This document shows, one piece after another, positions 1 to 7,918 of a stretch of DNA of 64,000 nucleotides; position 1 is the first letter of the stretch; each line of letters starts with the position of its first letter. The notes under the pieces were generated by a model that ran no database searches, was not told the DNA's origin, and saw only the letters and a program-made list of their open reading frames with translations. The stretch spans positions 209 to 64,208 of the forward strand of contig JAXDJV010000014.1 in assembly GCA_034667465.1 (NCBI GenBank), read 5' to 3'. This DNA is from Acidobacteriota bacterium. Lineage in GTDB: Bacteria > Acidobacteriota > Thermoanaerobaculia > Gp7-AA8. Position numbers and translations under genes: made by a program.

Positions 1-1
1 G

Positions 2-1018
2 CTGACCAGCGGCGTGGCCGTGACCGGCCAGAGCGTCGCGCAGGGCGCCTGGAAGTACTACTACATCACCGTTCCCGCCGGCGCGACGAACCTCACGTTC
101 GCAACGACCGCGGCGACAGGCGACGTCGACATCTACACGCAGGTGAACGCGAAGCCGACGTCGAGCGCATACATCTGCCGTCCGTACACCGGCTCGGGTA
201 ATGAAACCTGCTCGGCCACGAATCCCGCTTCGGGTACGTGGTGGGTTGGTGTGAACGGCTACGCGGCCGGCAGCTTCACCGTCACCGGCACGGTGACGAC
301 AGCAGCAGCGACGTACTCGATCTCCGGCAGCGCCGGTACGCCGGGCGCCACGATTACGGCTGGCTCGCAGGGCGCGACCAGCGATGCCTCGAACAACTAC
401 ACGATCAGCGGACTTGCGAACGGCACGTACACCGTGACGCCGAGCAAGAGCGGCTGCACGTTCTCGCCGGCCTCCGCCTCCGTCACCATCACCTCCGCGA
501 ACGCCACCGCCAACTTCACGGCCACGTGCGGCGGCGGATCGACGCTCTTCTCGAACGGCTTCGACAGCAGCACCGGCTGGACGACGACGCAGGTCTCCGG
601 TACCGCCGGCGCCTGGACGTTCGTGACCTCCGGCACGTTGCCGACGGCTGCGCCGCACGGCGGCACCGGAATGGCGAAGTTCAATTCGTACGATGCTGCG
701 AGCGGATCGCAGACGCGTGTTTCTCAGACGACGGGCTTCGCAATTCCGAGCGGCAGCTCGGCGACGCTGAAGTTCTGGATGTACCACGACACCGGTTACT
801 CGACGTCCGCCGATAATGTGCAGGTGCAGGTCACGACCAGCACGACGTTCGTGAACGTCGGAACGGCAGTCAACCGCTACGACGGTTCGACCGGCTGGAA
901 GCAGCACACGATCGACCTGAGCGCGTACGCCGGACAGACCGTCAAGCTCGGCTTCCTCGGCATCAGCGCCTACGGCAACAACGTCTTCATCGACGACGCG
1001 ATCGTCACCACGCCGTAA
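2..1018 (+). CDS. 5'-truncated secreted protein; C-terminal part has a pre-peptidase C-terminal (PPC) beta-sandwich domain and a jelly-roll domain (choice-of-anchor-J-like)
   Basis: The ORF is open from the window edge. The motif GQSVAQGAWKYYYITVPAGATNLTF...DVDIYT is PPC-like and resembles the repeats in the 19299-21980 protein. The C-terminal GFDSSTGWTT...KFWMYHD...IDLSAYAGQTVKLGF block is a typical anchor-J-type beta-sandwich. Gly/Thr/Ser-rich composition. Confidence 0.55.
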   Translation: MTSGVAVTGQSVAQGAWKYYYITVPAGATNLTFATTAATGDVDIYTQVNAKPTSSAYICRPYTGSGNETCSATNPASGTWWVGVNGYAAGSFTVTGTVTTAAATYSISGSAGTPGATITAGSQGATSDASNNYTISGLANGTYTVTPSKSGCTFSPASASVTITSANATANFTATCGGGSTLFSNGFDSSTGWTTTQVSGTAGAWTFVTSGTLPTAAPHGGTGMAKFNSYDAASGSQTRVSQTTGFAIPSGSSATLKFWMYHDTGYSTSADNVQVQVTTSTTFVNVGTAVNRYDGSTGWKQHTIDLSAYAGQTVKLGFLGISAYGNNVFIDDAIVTTP

Positions 1019-1041
1019 ACGCGAAATCGCAGCAGTCAATG

Positions 1042-1082
1042 GAAGGGGGAAGGCTCAGGCCTTCCCCCTTTTTGTTTTTTTT
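1042..1082 (+). terminator. Rho-independent terminator: GC hairpin GAAGGGGGAAGG/CCTTCCCCCTT followed by a T-run
   Basis: The sequence ggaagggggaaggctcaggccttcccccttttt gtttttttt lies directly after the stop at 1018. Confidence 0.8.
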
Positions 1083-1104
1083 GATGGCGGCTTTGTCGCT
1101 TGCT

Positions 1105-1124
1105 CTACACATACGAGTGTGTAG
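1105..1124. promoter_or_regulatory. 7-bp inverted repeat CTACACA-N6-TGTGTAG, 13 nt upstream of vapB (candidate antitoxin operator)
   Basis: Perfect palindrome seen in the sequence. Type II antitoxins commonly autoregulate through such operators. Confidence 0.4.
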
Positions 1125-1136
1125 AATGAGTCTGTA

Positions 1137-1337
1137 ATGGCTACGAACCTTGCGATTGACGATCGCCTGCTCCTCGAGGCGCAGCGGATTGGCGGACATC
1201 GCACGAAGAAGGCGACTGTCACCGAAGCGCTGCAGGAATACATTCAGCACCGCAAGCAGGCGAGGATCGTTGAGCTGTTTGGGACGATCGACTTTGACGC
1301 CAGGTACGACTACAAGAAGCAACGGCGCAAGTCGTGA
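1137..1337 (+). CDS. vapB: Type II antitoxin, VapB family (ribbon-helix-helix)
   Basis: 66 aa. N-terminal region NLAIDDRLLLEAQRIGGHRTKKATVTEAL is RHH-like and the C-terminal ELFG motif is typical of VapB. It overlaps the downstream PIN gene by 4 nt. Confidence 0.75.
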   Translation: MATNLAIDDRLLLEAQRIGGHRTKKATVTEALQEYIQHRKQARIVELFGTIDFDARYDYKKQRRKS

Positions 1338-1744
1338 AGGTCCTGGTCGATACGGCGATCTGGTCGTTGGCGTTGCGCCGTCGGCATCACATCGTGGAGA
1401 GTGCCGAAGCGTCTCAGCTTGTCGAACTGGTGCTGGACAGCCGCGTCGCGATCATCGGCGCCATTCGGCAGGAGCTTCTCTCTGGTATGAAGGAGCACAC
1501 GCAGTTCGAACAGGTGCGAGAACGACTACGCGCCTTTTCGGACACGGAAGTCATTTCCACCGATTACGAAGAGGCGGCAGCCTTCTTTAGTCGCTGCCGC
1601 GGGAAGGGAATCCAGGGGTCAAACACCGATTTCCTGATCTGTGCGGTCGCGGTCCGCAGCGAGTTCTCAATATTTACGACGGACGAGGATTTCGTCCGAT
1701 TCGCTCGCGTTCTGCCAATCGTGCTTCATCAAACTCACGGTTAG
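1334..1744 (+). CDS. vapC: PIN-domain toxin VapC
   Basis: 136 aa. Acidic residues match the PIN pattern (MKVLVDTAI..., ...NTDFLICAVA..., TTDEDF). ATGA overlap with vapB. Confidence 0.8.
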   Translation: MKVLVDTAIWSLALRRRHHIVESAEASQLVELVLDSRVAIIGAIRQELLSGMKEHTQFEQVRERLRAFSDTEVISTDYEEAAAFFSRCRGKGIQGSNTDFLICAVAVRSEFSIFTTDEDFVRFARVLPIVLHQTHG

Positions 1745-1797
1745 CGCCCGGGGGACACATTTTCGCGCGCGTCGCAACGTGGCGCCATAATTGGCGC

Positions 1798-4254
1798 ATG
1801 CGAATCAATGTCCCGTCGACCGCCGTCGGCGTCTTCCTGACTGTTGTCCTCGCGGCCCAGCCACTCGCAGCGCAGCAGACGTATCAGCATCCGCCGCGTG
1901 AGATCGTCGACGTTCTCGACGCACCGCCACCGCCGACGCCGCTGGTCAGTCCCGCCGGAAACGCGCTGATTCTTGCGACGCCGGTGCGCTATCGGCCGAT
2001 TTCCGATCTTGCTGAGCCGATGTTGCGCGGCGCGGGCACGCGCATCAATCCTCGCAACAACGGATCGCACCTCTTCGCCTACAACGTTGCGCTCAAGCTT
2101 CAACAGATTCCGGATGGTCCCGAGGTTCCGATCGCGCTTCCGGCAGGCGCGCGCGTCACCGATCCGCGCTGGAATGCCAGCGGTTCGCTGTTCGCGTTCA
2201 CCAATGTCACGGCGACTTCAGTCGAGCTGTGGGCTGGCGACGCTGCAGGCGCGAAAGTACATCGCGTTGAAGGCATTCGATTGAATCCTGCGCTCGGTTA
2301 CGCACTTCAATGGATGCCCGATCAGAAGACGCTGCTCATCAAGACCGTCCCCGAGCAACGCGGAACGCCGCCGTCCGAAACGGGTGCGCCGACAGGACCG
2401 CGCGTGGAAGACAGCAGCGGCGTCAAATCGGCGAGCAGCACATACGAAGCGGTGGAATTGCTCAAGACGCCGTATGACCGGGAAGCATTCGAGTACTACA
2501 CCACCACGCAGTTGGCGATGGTCGATGTCCTTTCCGGCAACATCACAAAGATCGGCAGTCCGGCGGTCATCACGAAACTGGTGCGGTCGCCTGATGGCCA
2601 GTATCTGCTTGTCGAGCGGTTGCTGACGCCTTACTCGTCGCTCCGAATGTTCAATCGTTTCGCGACCGAAGTCGAGATTTGGGACATCAGCGGAAAAAAA
2701 CTCGAGACGCTCGCACGTCAGCCGTTGGCCGAACAGGTGCCGGTCGACGGTGTGCGCGTCGGGCCGCGTGACCACGGATGGCGCCCGACCGCGCCGGCGA
2801 CGGTGGTGTGGGAAGAAGCGCTGGACGATGGCGATACCTATAAGAAGGTTCCGTATCACGACCGCGTAATGCTCAAGCCGATGGGCGGCACCGCCTCGGA
2901 GCTCATAAGAACGGAGCAGCGATTCGACAACATCAATTGGATCGAACGTGGCGGTCTGGCTCTGGTAACGGAAGTCGACTACGACAAGCGCTGGTTCAGG
3001 ACGTATCTCGTCGATGCGGACAATCGATCCGCTGCTCCGAAAGTGGTCTGGAGCCAGAGCCTTGACGATGGCTATAAGAATCCCGGCGAACCGGTACTGC
3101 GCAGGCTGGCGAACGGTTTCAATGCCGTACGCGAATTCAAAGGAGCGATCTTCACCTCCGGCGAAGGCGCATCGCCGGCCGGCAATCGGCCGTTTCTCGA
3201 TCGCGTCGATCTCCGCACATTGAAGACGGAGCGTTTGTTCCGCTCTTCGCCTGACAGCCTGGAGTCGTTTGTCGACTGGATCAATCCAGCCACCATGACG
3301 TTTCTGACGCGGCGCGAATCGATCGTCGATCCTCCCAATGTTTACCTTCGTTCGCTCGGCGCCGCTCTTCCGGCGAATACTGTGGAAGGGGAGACGCACT
3401 TCCGATCGACGTCACGGCAAATCACCCATTTCGTCGATCAGGCCACGCAGCTTCGCCGGATCTCGAAACGCCTCGTGACCTATCAGCGGCCCGATGGCGT
3501 GAAGCTGTCATTCACTCTTTATCTCCCGCCGGGATATCAGGCCGGGACGCGATTGCCGACCATTATCTGGGCATATCCGCTCGACTACACCGATCCGAAT
3601 GCAGCGGGGCAGGTCGCGGGAACAGCGCAAAACTACACGTCGGTCTTCGGTGCGTCGCCGATCTTCCTCGCGCTGGAAGGTTATGCGGTACTCGACGAGA
3701 CGGCGATGCCGGTCGTCGGACCGACGGAAACCGCATACGACACATTCATCGATCAGATCGTCGCCAATGCGAAGGCAGCGATCGATAAGGCGGTGGAGCT
3801 CGGAGTGACCGATCGTGACCGAGTCGGCGTCATGGGTCACAGTCACGGCGCGCTGATGACCGTGAATCTGCTGGCGTGGTCGGACCTTTTCCGCGCCGGT
3901 GTTGCGCGCAGCGGTGCGTACAACCAGACGCTGCGTCCGTTCGGTTTTCAGAACGAGCGGCGGACGTTGTACAAGGCGCCGGATACATACCTGAAACTCT
4001 CGCCACTGGTCCACGCCGATCGAATCAAAACGCCGCTGCTCATCATTCATGGCGAGCGCGATAACAATCCGGGCACCGTGCCGCTGCAGTCGGAAAAACT
4101 GTTCGAAGCGGTTCGCGGAGTCGGCGGAACGGTTCGCCTGGTAATGCTGCCGCTGGAGGCACACGGATATTTCGCGCGCGAGTCGGTCGAGCACACGCTC
4201 TACGAAACGCTGACATGGTTTGATCGGTATGTGAAGAACGCTCCGCCGCGGTGA
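1798..4254 (+). CDS. Secreted S9-family serine peptidase (prolyl oligopeptidase / dipeptidyl aminopeptidase-like)
   Basis: Signal peptide, then an N-terminal beta-propeller-like region and a C-terminal alpha/beta hydrolase domain. Nucleophile elbow GHSHGA, then D and H (catalytic triad). Confidence 0.85.
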   Translation: MRINVPSTAVGVFLTVVLAAQPLAAQQTYQHPPREIVDVLDAPPPPTPLVSPAGNALILATPVRYRPISDLAEPMLRGAGTRINPRNNGSHLFAYNVALKLQQIPDGPEVPIALPAGARVTDPRWNASGSLFAFTNVTATSVELWAGDAAGAKVHRVEGIRLNPALGYALQWMPDQKTLLIKTVPEQRGTPPSETGAPTGPRVEDSSGVKSASSTYEAVELLKTPYDREAFEYYTTTQLAMVDVLSGNITKIGSPAVITKLVRSPDGQYLLVERLLTPYSSLRMFNRFATEVEIWDISGKKLETLARQPLAEQVPVDGVRVGPRDHGWRPTAPATVVWEEALDDGDTYKKVPYHDRVMLKPMGGTASELIRTEQRFDNINWIERGGLALVTEVDYDKRWFRTYLVDADNRSAAPKVVWSQSLDDGYKNPGEPVLRRLANGFNAVREFKGAIFTSGEGASPAGNRPFLDRVDLRTLKTERLFRSSPDSLESFVDWINPATMTFLTRRESIVDPPNVYLRSLGAALPANTVEGETHFRSTSRQITHFVDQATQLRRISKRLVTYQRPDGVKLSFTLYLPPGYQAGTRLPTIIWAYPLDYTDPNAAGQVAGTAQNYTSVFGASPIFLALEGYAVLDETAMPVVGPTETAYDTFIDQIVANAKAAIDKAVELGVTDRDRVGVMGHSHGALMTVNLLAWSDLFRAGVARSGAYNQTLRPFGFQNERRTLYKAPDTYLKLSPLVHADRIKTPLLIIHGERDNNPGTVPLQSEKLFEAVRGVGGTVRLVMLPLEAHGYFARESVEHTLYETLTWFDRYVKNAPPR

Positions 4255-4259
4255 GCCAG

Positions 4260-5936
4260 TTATTCGCGCAGTACCTGATGCACGAATGCGATGGCGATCG
4301 AGCCTTCGCCGACGGCTGAGGCCACGCGCTTGATGTTGCCGCCGCGAACGTCGCCGATTGCGAAGACGCCCGGGAGACTCGTCTCGAGCAGATGCGGCTG
4401 CCTCTTGAGCGGCCATTGCGCGGTGTTGAGGTCCTCCGGTGTGAGATCGGGCCCGGTTCTGATGAAACCGCGATCATCGAGCGCCACGCAGTCGTCGAGC
4501 CATTTCGTTGCCGGCACCGCTCCGGTCATTACGAATACATGCCGGATATTCTCAACAGTGTCAGTGCCGGTGGTTTTGTCGCGGCTATGAACGCGTTCCA
4601 GATGCGTCTCTCCCTCGAGACCAATGAGCTGGCAGTTCGTTCTGACGTCGATGGCCGGATTGTCTTCAACGCGCCGCACGAGGTAGCGCGACATGGTCTC
4701 CGATAGTCCGCCCGAACGCACCAGCATGATCACGCGGCGCGCGTGGCCGGCGAGAAATACGGCCGCCTGTCCTGCCGAGTTACCTCCGCCGACGATGAGC
4801 ACATCCTCGCCTTTACATATTTGCGCTTCCATCGGTGTGGCGAGGTAGTAAACGCCGAGGCCGTTGAAGCGGGAGAGACCCTCGATCGGCAATCCTCGAT
4901 ATTCGGCGCCGGTGGCGAGAATGACCGTGCGCGCCACGACGCGCGTTTCGTGGTCGATCTCGATGGCGTACGGTCGTCGCTCGCAATTCAGGCGCGTCGC
5001 GCCTTTCGCGACGATCATCTGCGCGCCGAATTTCTCGGCCTGGCTGAATGCGCGGGTCGCCAGCTCCTGGCCGGTGATGCCGGAGGGGAAGCCGAGGTAG
5101 TTTTCGATGCGCATGCTGGAACCGGCCTGACCGCCGGGAGCATTCGCTTCGATCATCAGCACATCGAGACCTTCCGATGCGCCATACACGGCGGCGCCGA
5201 GACCGGCCGGACCTGCTCCAACGATCACGACGTCGCGGATGTGACCTTCGTCGATGTCGATGCCCTCGTTGAAACCGAGGCAATCGGCGATCTGCGCGTT
5301 GGTCGGATTCCGGAGCACGAATTCACCGCGACAGATCACGACCGGGATTTCGTCCGCCGAGACGTTCCATCTTTCCAGCGACTCCTGGGAGACTTCGTCA
5401 TTGTCGAGGTCGAGGTAGGTATGCGGGTGTGCGTTGCGCGACAGAAATTCACGAACCTGCAGCGTCCGCGGCGAGTACTGCGAGCCCAGCACGACGACGT
5501 CTCCGAAGCCGCGATCGATGAGTATCACGCGACGGAGGATGTACGCGCGCATGAAGATCTCACTGAGCTCGGCGTCGGTCTGCAGCATCGCGAGAACGCT
5601 CTCGCGTTCGATCTCGATGACTTCACCCGGCTCCGTCACGCGGATGCTTGCGAGGCTCCGCCTGCCGCTGACCAGATTCAGCTCGCCGCTGAACTGGCCC
5701 GGTCGATGGGTCGTGGCAATCTCTTCGCCGCTGCACGAGTTTCGTACGGCCACCAGCTCTCCGCTGAGGACGACGAAGGCCGGGTATTGATGCGCACCGG
5801 CCTCCATGAGGATCTCGCCGCGCTCGACCGTTCGACGCGTTCCATGCGTCGCGATGCGTGCGAGCTGCGCGGGTGTCAGAACCGGGAATACCTGCTCCTG
5901 CTGCGGCGCGACCGAGAGGGGAGTCGTAGCGGTCAT
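4260..5936 (-). CDS. N-terminal cyclic nucleotide-binding domain fused to a thioredoxin-reductase-like FAD/NAD(P) disulfide oxidoreductase
   Basis: The N-terminus has a cNMP-binding fold (GEILMEAGAHQYPAFVVLSGELVAV...FSGEL). It is followed by DVVIVGAGPAGLGAAVY and a second Rossmann motif (VIVGGGNSAGQAAVFL), and a C-terminal GDVRGG. Confidence 0.8.
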   Translation of the reverse strand: MTATTPLSVAPQQEQVFPVLTPAQLARIATHGTRRTVERGEILMEAGAHQYPAFVVLSGELVAVRNSCSGEEIATTHRPGQFSGELNLVSGRRSLASIRVTEPGEVIEIERESVLAMLQTDAELSEIFMRAYILRRVILIDRGFGDVVVLGSQYSPRTLQVREFLSRNAHPHTYLDLDNDEVSQESLERWNVSADEIPVVICRGEFVLRNPTNAQIADCLGFNEGIDIDEGHIRDVVIVGAGPAGLGAAVYGASEGLDVLMIEANAPGGQAGSSMRIENYLGFPSGITGQELATRAFSQAEKFGAQMIVAKGATRLNCERRPYAIEIDHETRVVARTVILATGAEYRGLPIEGLSRFNGLGVYYLATPMEAQICKGEDVLIVGGGNSAGQAAVFLAGHARRVIMLVRSGGLSETMSRYLVRRVEDNPAIDVRTNCQLIGLEGETHLERVHSRDKTTGTDTVENIRHVFVMTGAVPATKWLDDCVALDDRGFIRTGPDLTPEDLNTAQWPLKRQPHLLETSLPGVFAIGDVRGGNIKRVASAVGEGSIAIAFVHQVLRE

Positions 5937-6093
5937 GACGCTATCGTAATGCCGTGAGCGGCGGCGACGCGACCGGAGCGCGGAGCATGTTCGACTGGAA
6001 GCGGCGCGGGTCTGCTACACTCGATGAAGTCCCCGCTCCATCAATTCCCCGCTCCTTTTCGCACACCAGAGAAGAAAGGCAGGAACGATAGAT

Positions 6094-6237
6094 ATGGCAG
6101 ATCCGAAAGACGAACTCATCCACAAGGTCCAGATCCAGGATATCGAGAAACCGGAGAACAACGAGCTTGATGACTCGCAGCTCGACAAGGTTTCCGGCGG
6201 CGGCAGCTACGGGTACGACCCGGGTAACGGAAGCTGA
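6094..6237 (+). CDS. 47-aa RiPP/bacteriocin-like precursor with double-glycine leader (not in ORF track)
   Basis: Hand translation gives MADPKDELIHKVQIQDIEKPENNELDDSQLDKVSGGGSYGYDPGNGS. ELDDSQLDKVSGG fits the L-x3-EL-x2-V-x-GG leader consensus. The short core GSYGYDPGNGS lacks Cys. AGGA lies 9 nt upstream of the ATG. The gene is convergent with the sulfotransferase gene. Confidence 0.55.
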   Translation: MADPKDELIHKVQIQDIEKPENNELDDSQLDKVSGGGSYGYDPGNGS

Positions 6238-6239
6238 CG

Positions 6240-7049
6240 TTACAACACGATGACCCGGCGCGCGTTCTGGCCGGGGACATCCCAGAAACTACGATCCTGC
6301 TGGCTGAACAGATCGGCCGGCAGGATCGTGTTCCTCTGGTTCGGCCGCACGCGCGACGCCACTCTGTGCAGGCCCGGCATCCCTAAACGTTCATCGAATT
6401 CCGGCTCGTCGTATTCGACCTGTTCGAAGTCATGCGCGAACGGCTCTTCTCCGAGAAACTCGTAGAGGCGCGTCATCACCTGGGCGGGCTGCTCCGTCAG
6501 TGACTCGTACCGAACGACGATCATGCGATCCGCCTGTTCGCCGCTCCATGCCTGCCGCAGCGCCTGCAGCGCCGGACCGACCGGACCACTCTTCATCATC
6601 GACTCGACGCGCGTATAGACATTGGCCGCGGCGTCAGCGGGAAACAGTTTTCCGCGGCGCAGCGGTGCAGCCTGCACGCGGCGCTCGAAACTGTCGAGGA
6701 TCCATGCCGGGCTTCGGACGCACGCGATGACTCTGGCGTCCGGCCACAGCTCGTGAATGGCCGGCAGTTGCGCACACCAGCCGCGGTTCGTGTCGAAGAT
6801 GACCTTCTCTCCCGCGACATCCTCATAGAACGTTTCGACGAGCGAGCGCGTAACTCCCGTGCGCTGCCGCTCGGTGAGAAACATCGCGTACTCGTTCGAC
6901 TCGCTCATCGCGCGCAGCAATGATTCGAACAAGCCAAGAAGCGGGCCCGACATCGCGGCGTGAAACCGCGGGTTCTGTCGAAGGATCGCCGCCAGCAGCG
7001 TCGATCCGGAGCGTGGCAAACCCGAAATGAAATGGATCTTCATCGTCAT
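6240..7049 (-). CDS. Sulfotransferase-family protein (PAPS-dependent, Sulfotransfer_3-like)
   Basis: Start taken at MTMKIHFISGLPRSGSTLLAAILRQNP, which is a 5'-PSB-like P-loop. About 270 aa. The start overlaps the stop of the upstream LanC-like gene by 1 nt. Confidence 0.75.
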   Translation of the reverse strand: MTMKIHFISGLPRSGSTLLAAILRQNPRFHAAMSGPLLGLFESLLRAMSESNEYAMFLTERQRTGVTRSLVETFYEDVAGEKVIFDTNRGWCAQLPAIHELWPDARVIACVRSPAWILDSFERRVQAAPLRRGKLFPADAAANVYTRVESMMKSGPVGPALQALRQAWSGEQADRMIVVRYESLTEQPAQVMTRLYEFLGEEPFAHDFEQVEYDEPEFDERLGMPGLHRVASRVRPNQRNTILPADLFSQQDRSFWDVPGQNARRVIVL

Positions 7050-7918
7050 CAAACCGCCATCATCCGAACATTCACGTTCATCAGCGCGAGAGCAACGCCT
7101 GCCTCGCCATCCATCAGACAATCTCCGCCGGGATCAGGCGTCCATTCGCCGCGCTCGACGATCGCCAGCGTTCGCTCGTACCAGAGATTCGCGCGCACCT
7201 CATCCAGCTGGCTGAACATCCGCGTCATCCCGGCCGCCCCGCGGCGCAGCGATGCATCGGTGATCGTCTCCGGCGAAACTGCACACGCTTCCTCGAGAAG
7301 ACGGGACGCTTCGTGGTGATCCTGATCGCGGCCTGTGATGCGCGCGCAACGCGACCAGGTGGCCGCTGAATCGGACGGCAGCGCATCGAGAACACGCTCG
7401 AGCATCGATGGCGATGCAACTTCGGCAAGCAGATACATCACCCCTCGCGCCGAGCGCGCGCGATCGAGTTGCGATTCGAGATGATCGACCACGAGTTTGA
7501 TACCCGCCGCATGGTTTCGTTCCAGAAAGTAGATGCCGATTCCGGCAAGACCGCTCGCCGCGTCGAACGATCCTCGCCAACGCCCGCGCTCCAGTTCGCG
7601 AAGCAGCGCGGCGTCGGTGTCTTCATTGAGATCATCGGATACGCCAAGCATGCGCGACACGATTTCCACGGTCCAGCCCAGTCCCGCGAGACCTCCGCAG
7701 AGTCCCCACTGTTTCGTCGAGCAGAGCTCGTCCGCGCGAGCGATGGCGACGTTGAGATGCCGGATCGCAGCCTGCTTCCAATGCCGTTCGCTCGTGGCGA
7801 GATGCACGTTCGCGAACAGCAGCGCCTTCGCCGCACTGCGCGCCGGCAACGGCTCCTCCGCGAGCAAAGACTCAGCGAGCCTTCCGAGCACCGGAGTTTT
7901 CGCGTCGTGATTACGCAT
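7049..7918 (-). CDS. LanC-like (lanthionine synthetase C-like) alpha-toroid protein; start uncertain
   Basis: Repeated GxAGxG motifs (WGLCGGLAGLGWTVEIV, ASGLAGIGIYFLE, DGEAGVALAL). The start is placed at MRNHDAK, just after the upstream ABC gene stop. The first 45 codons of the ORF-track version overlap that gene. Confidence 0.5.
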   Translation of the reverse strand: MRNHDAKTPVLGRLAESLLAEEPLPARSAAKALLFANVHLATSERHWKQAAIRHLNVAIARADELCSTKQWGLCGGLAGLGWTVEIVSRMLGVSDDLNEDTDAALLRELERGRWRGSFDAASGLAGIGIYFLERNHAAGIKLVVDHLESQLDRARSARGVMYLLAEVASPSMLERVLDALPSDSAATWSRCARITGRDQDHHEASRLLEEACAVSPETITDASLRRGAAGMTRMFSQLDEVRANLWYERTLAIVERGEWTPDPGGDCLMDGEAGVALALMNVNVRMMAV

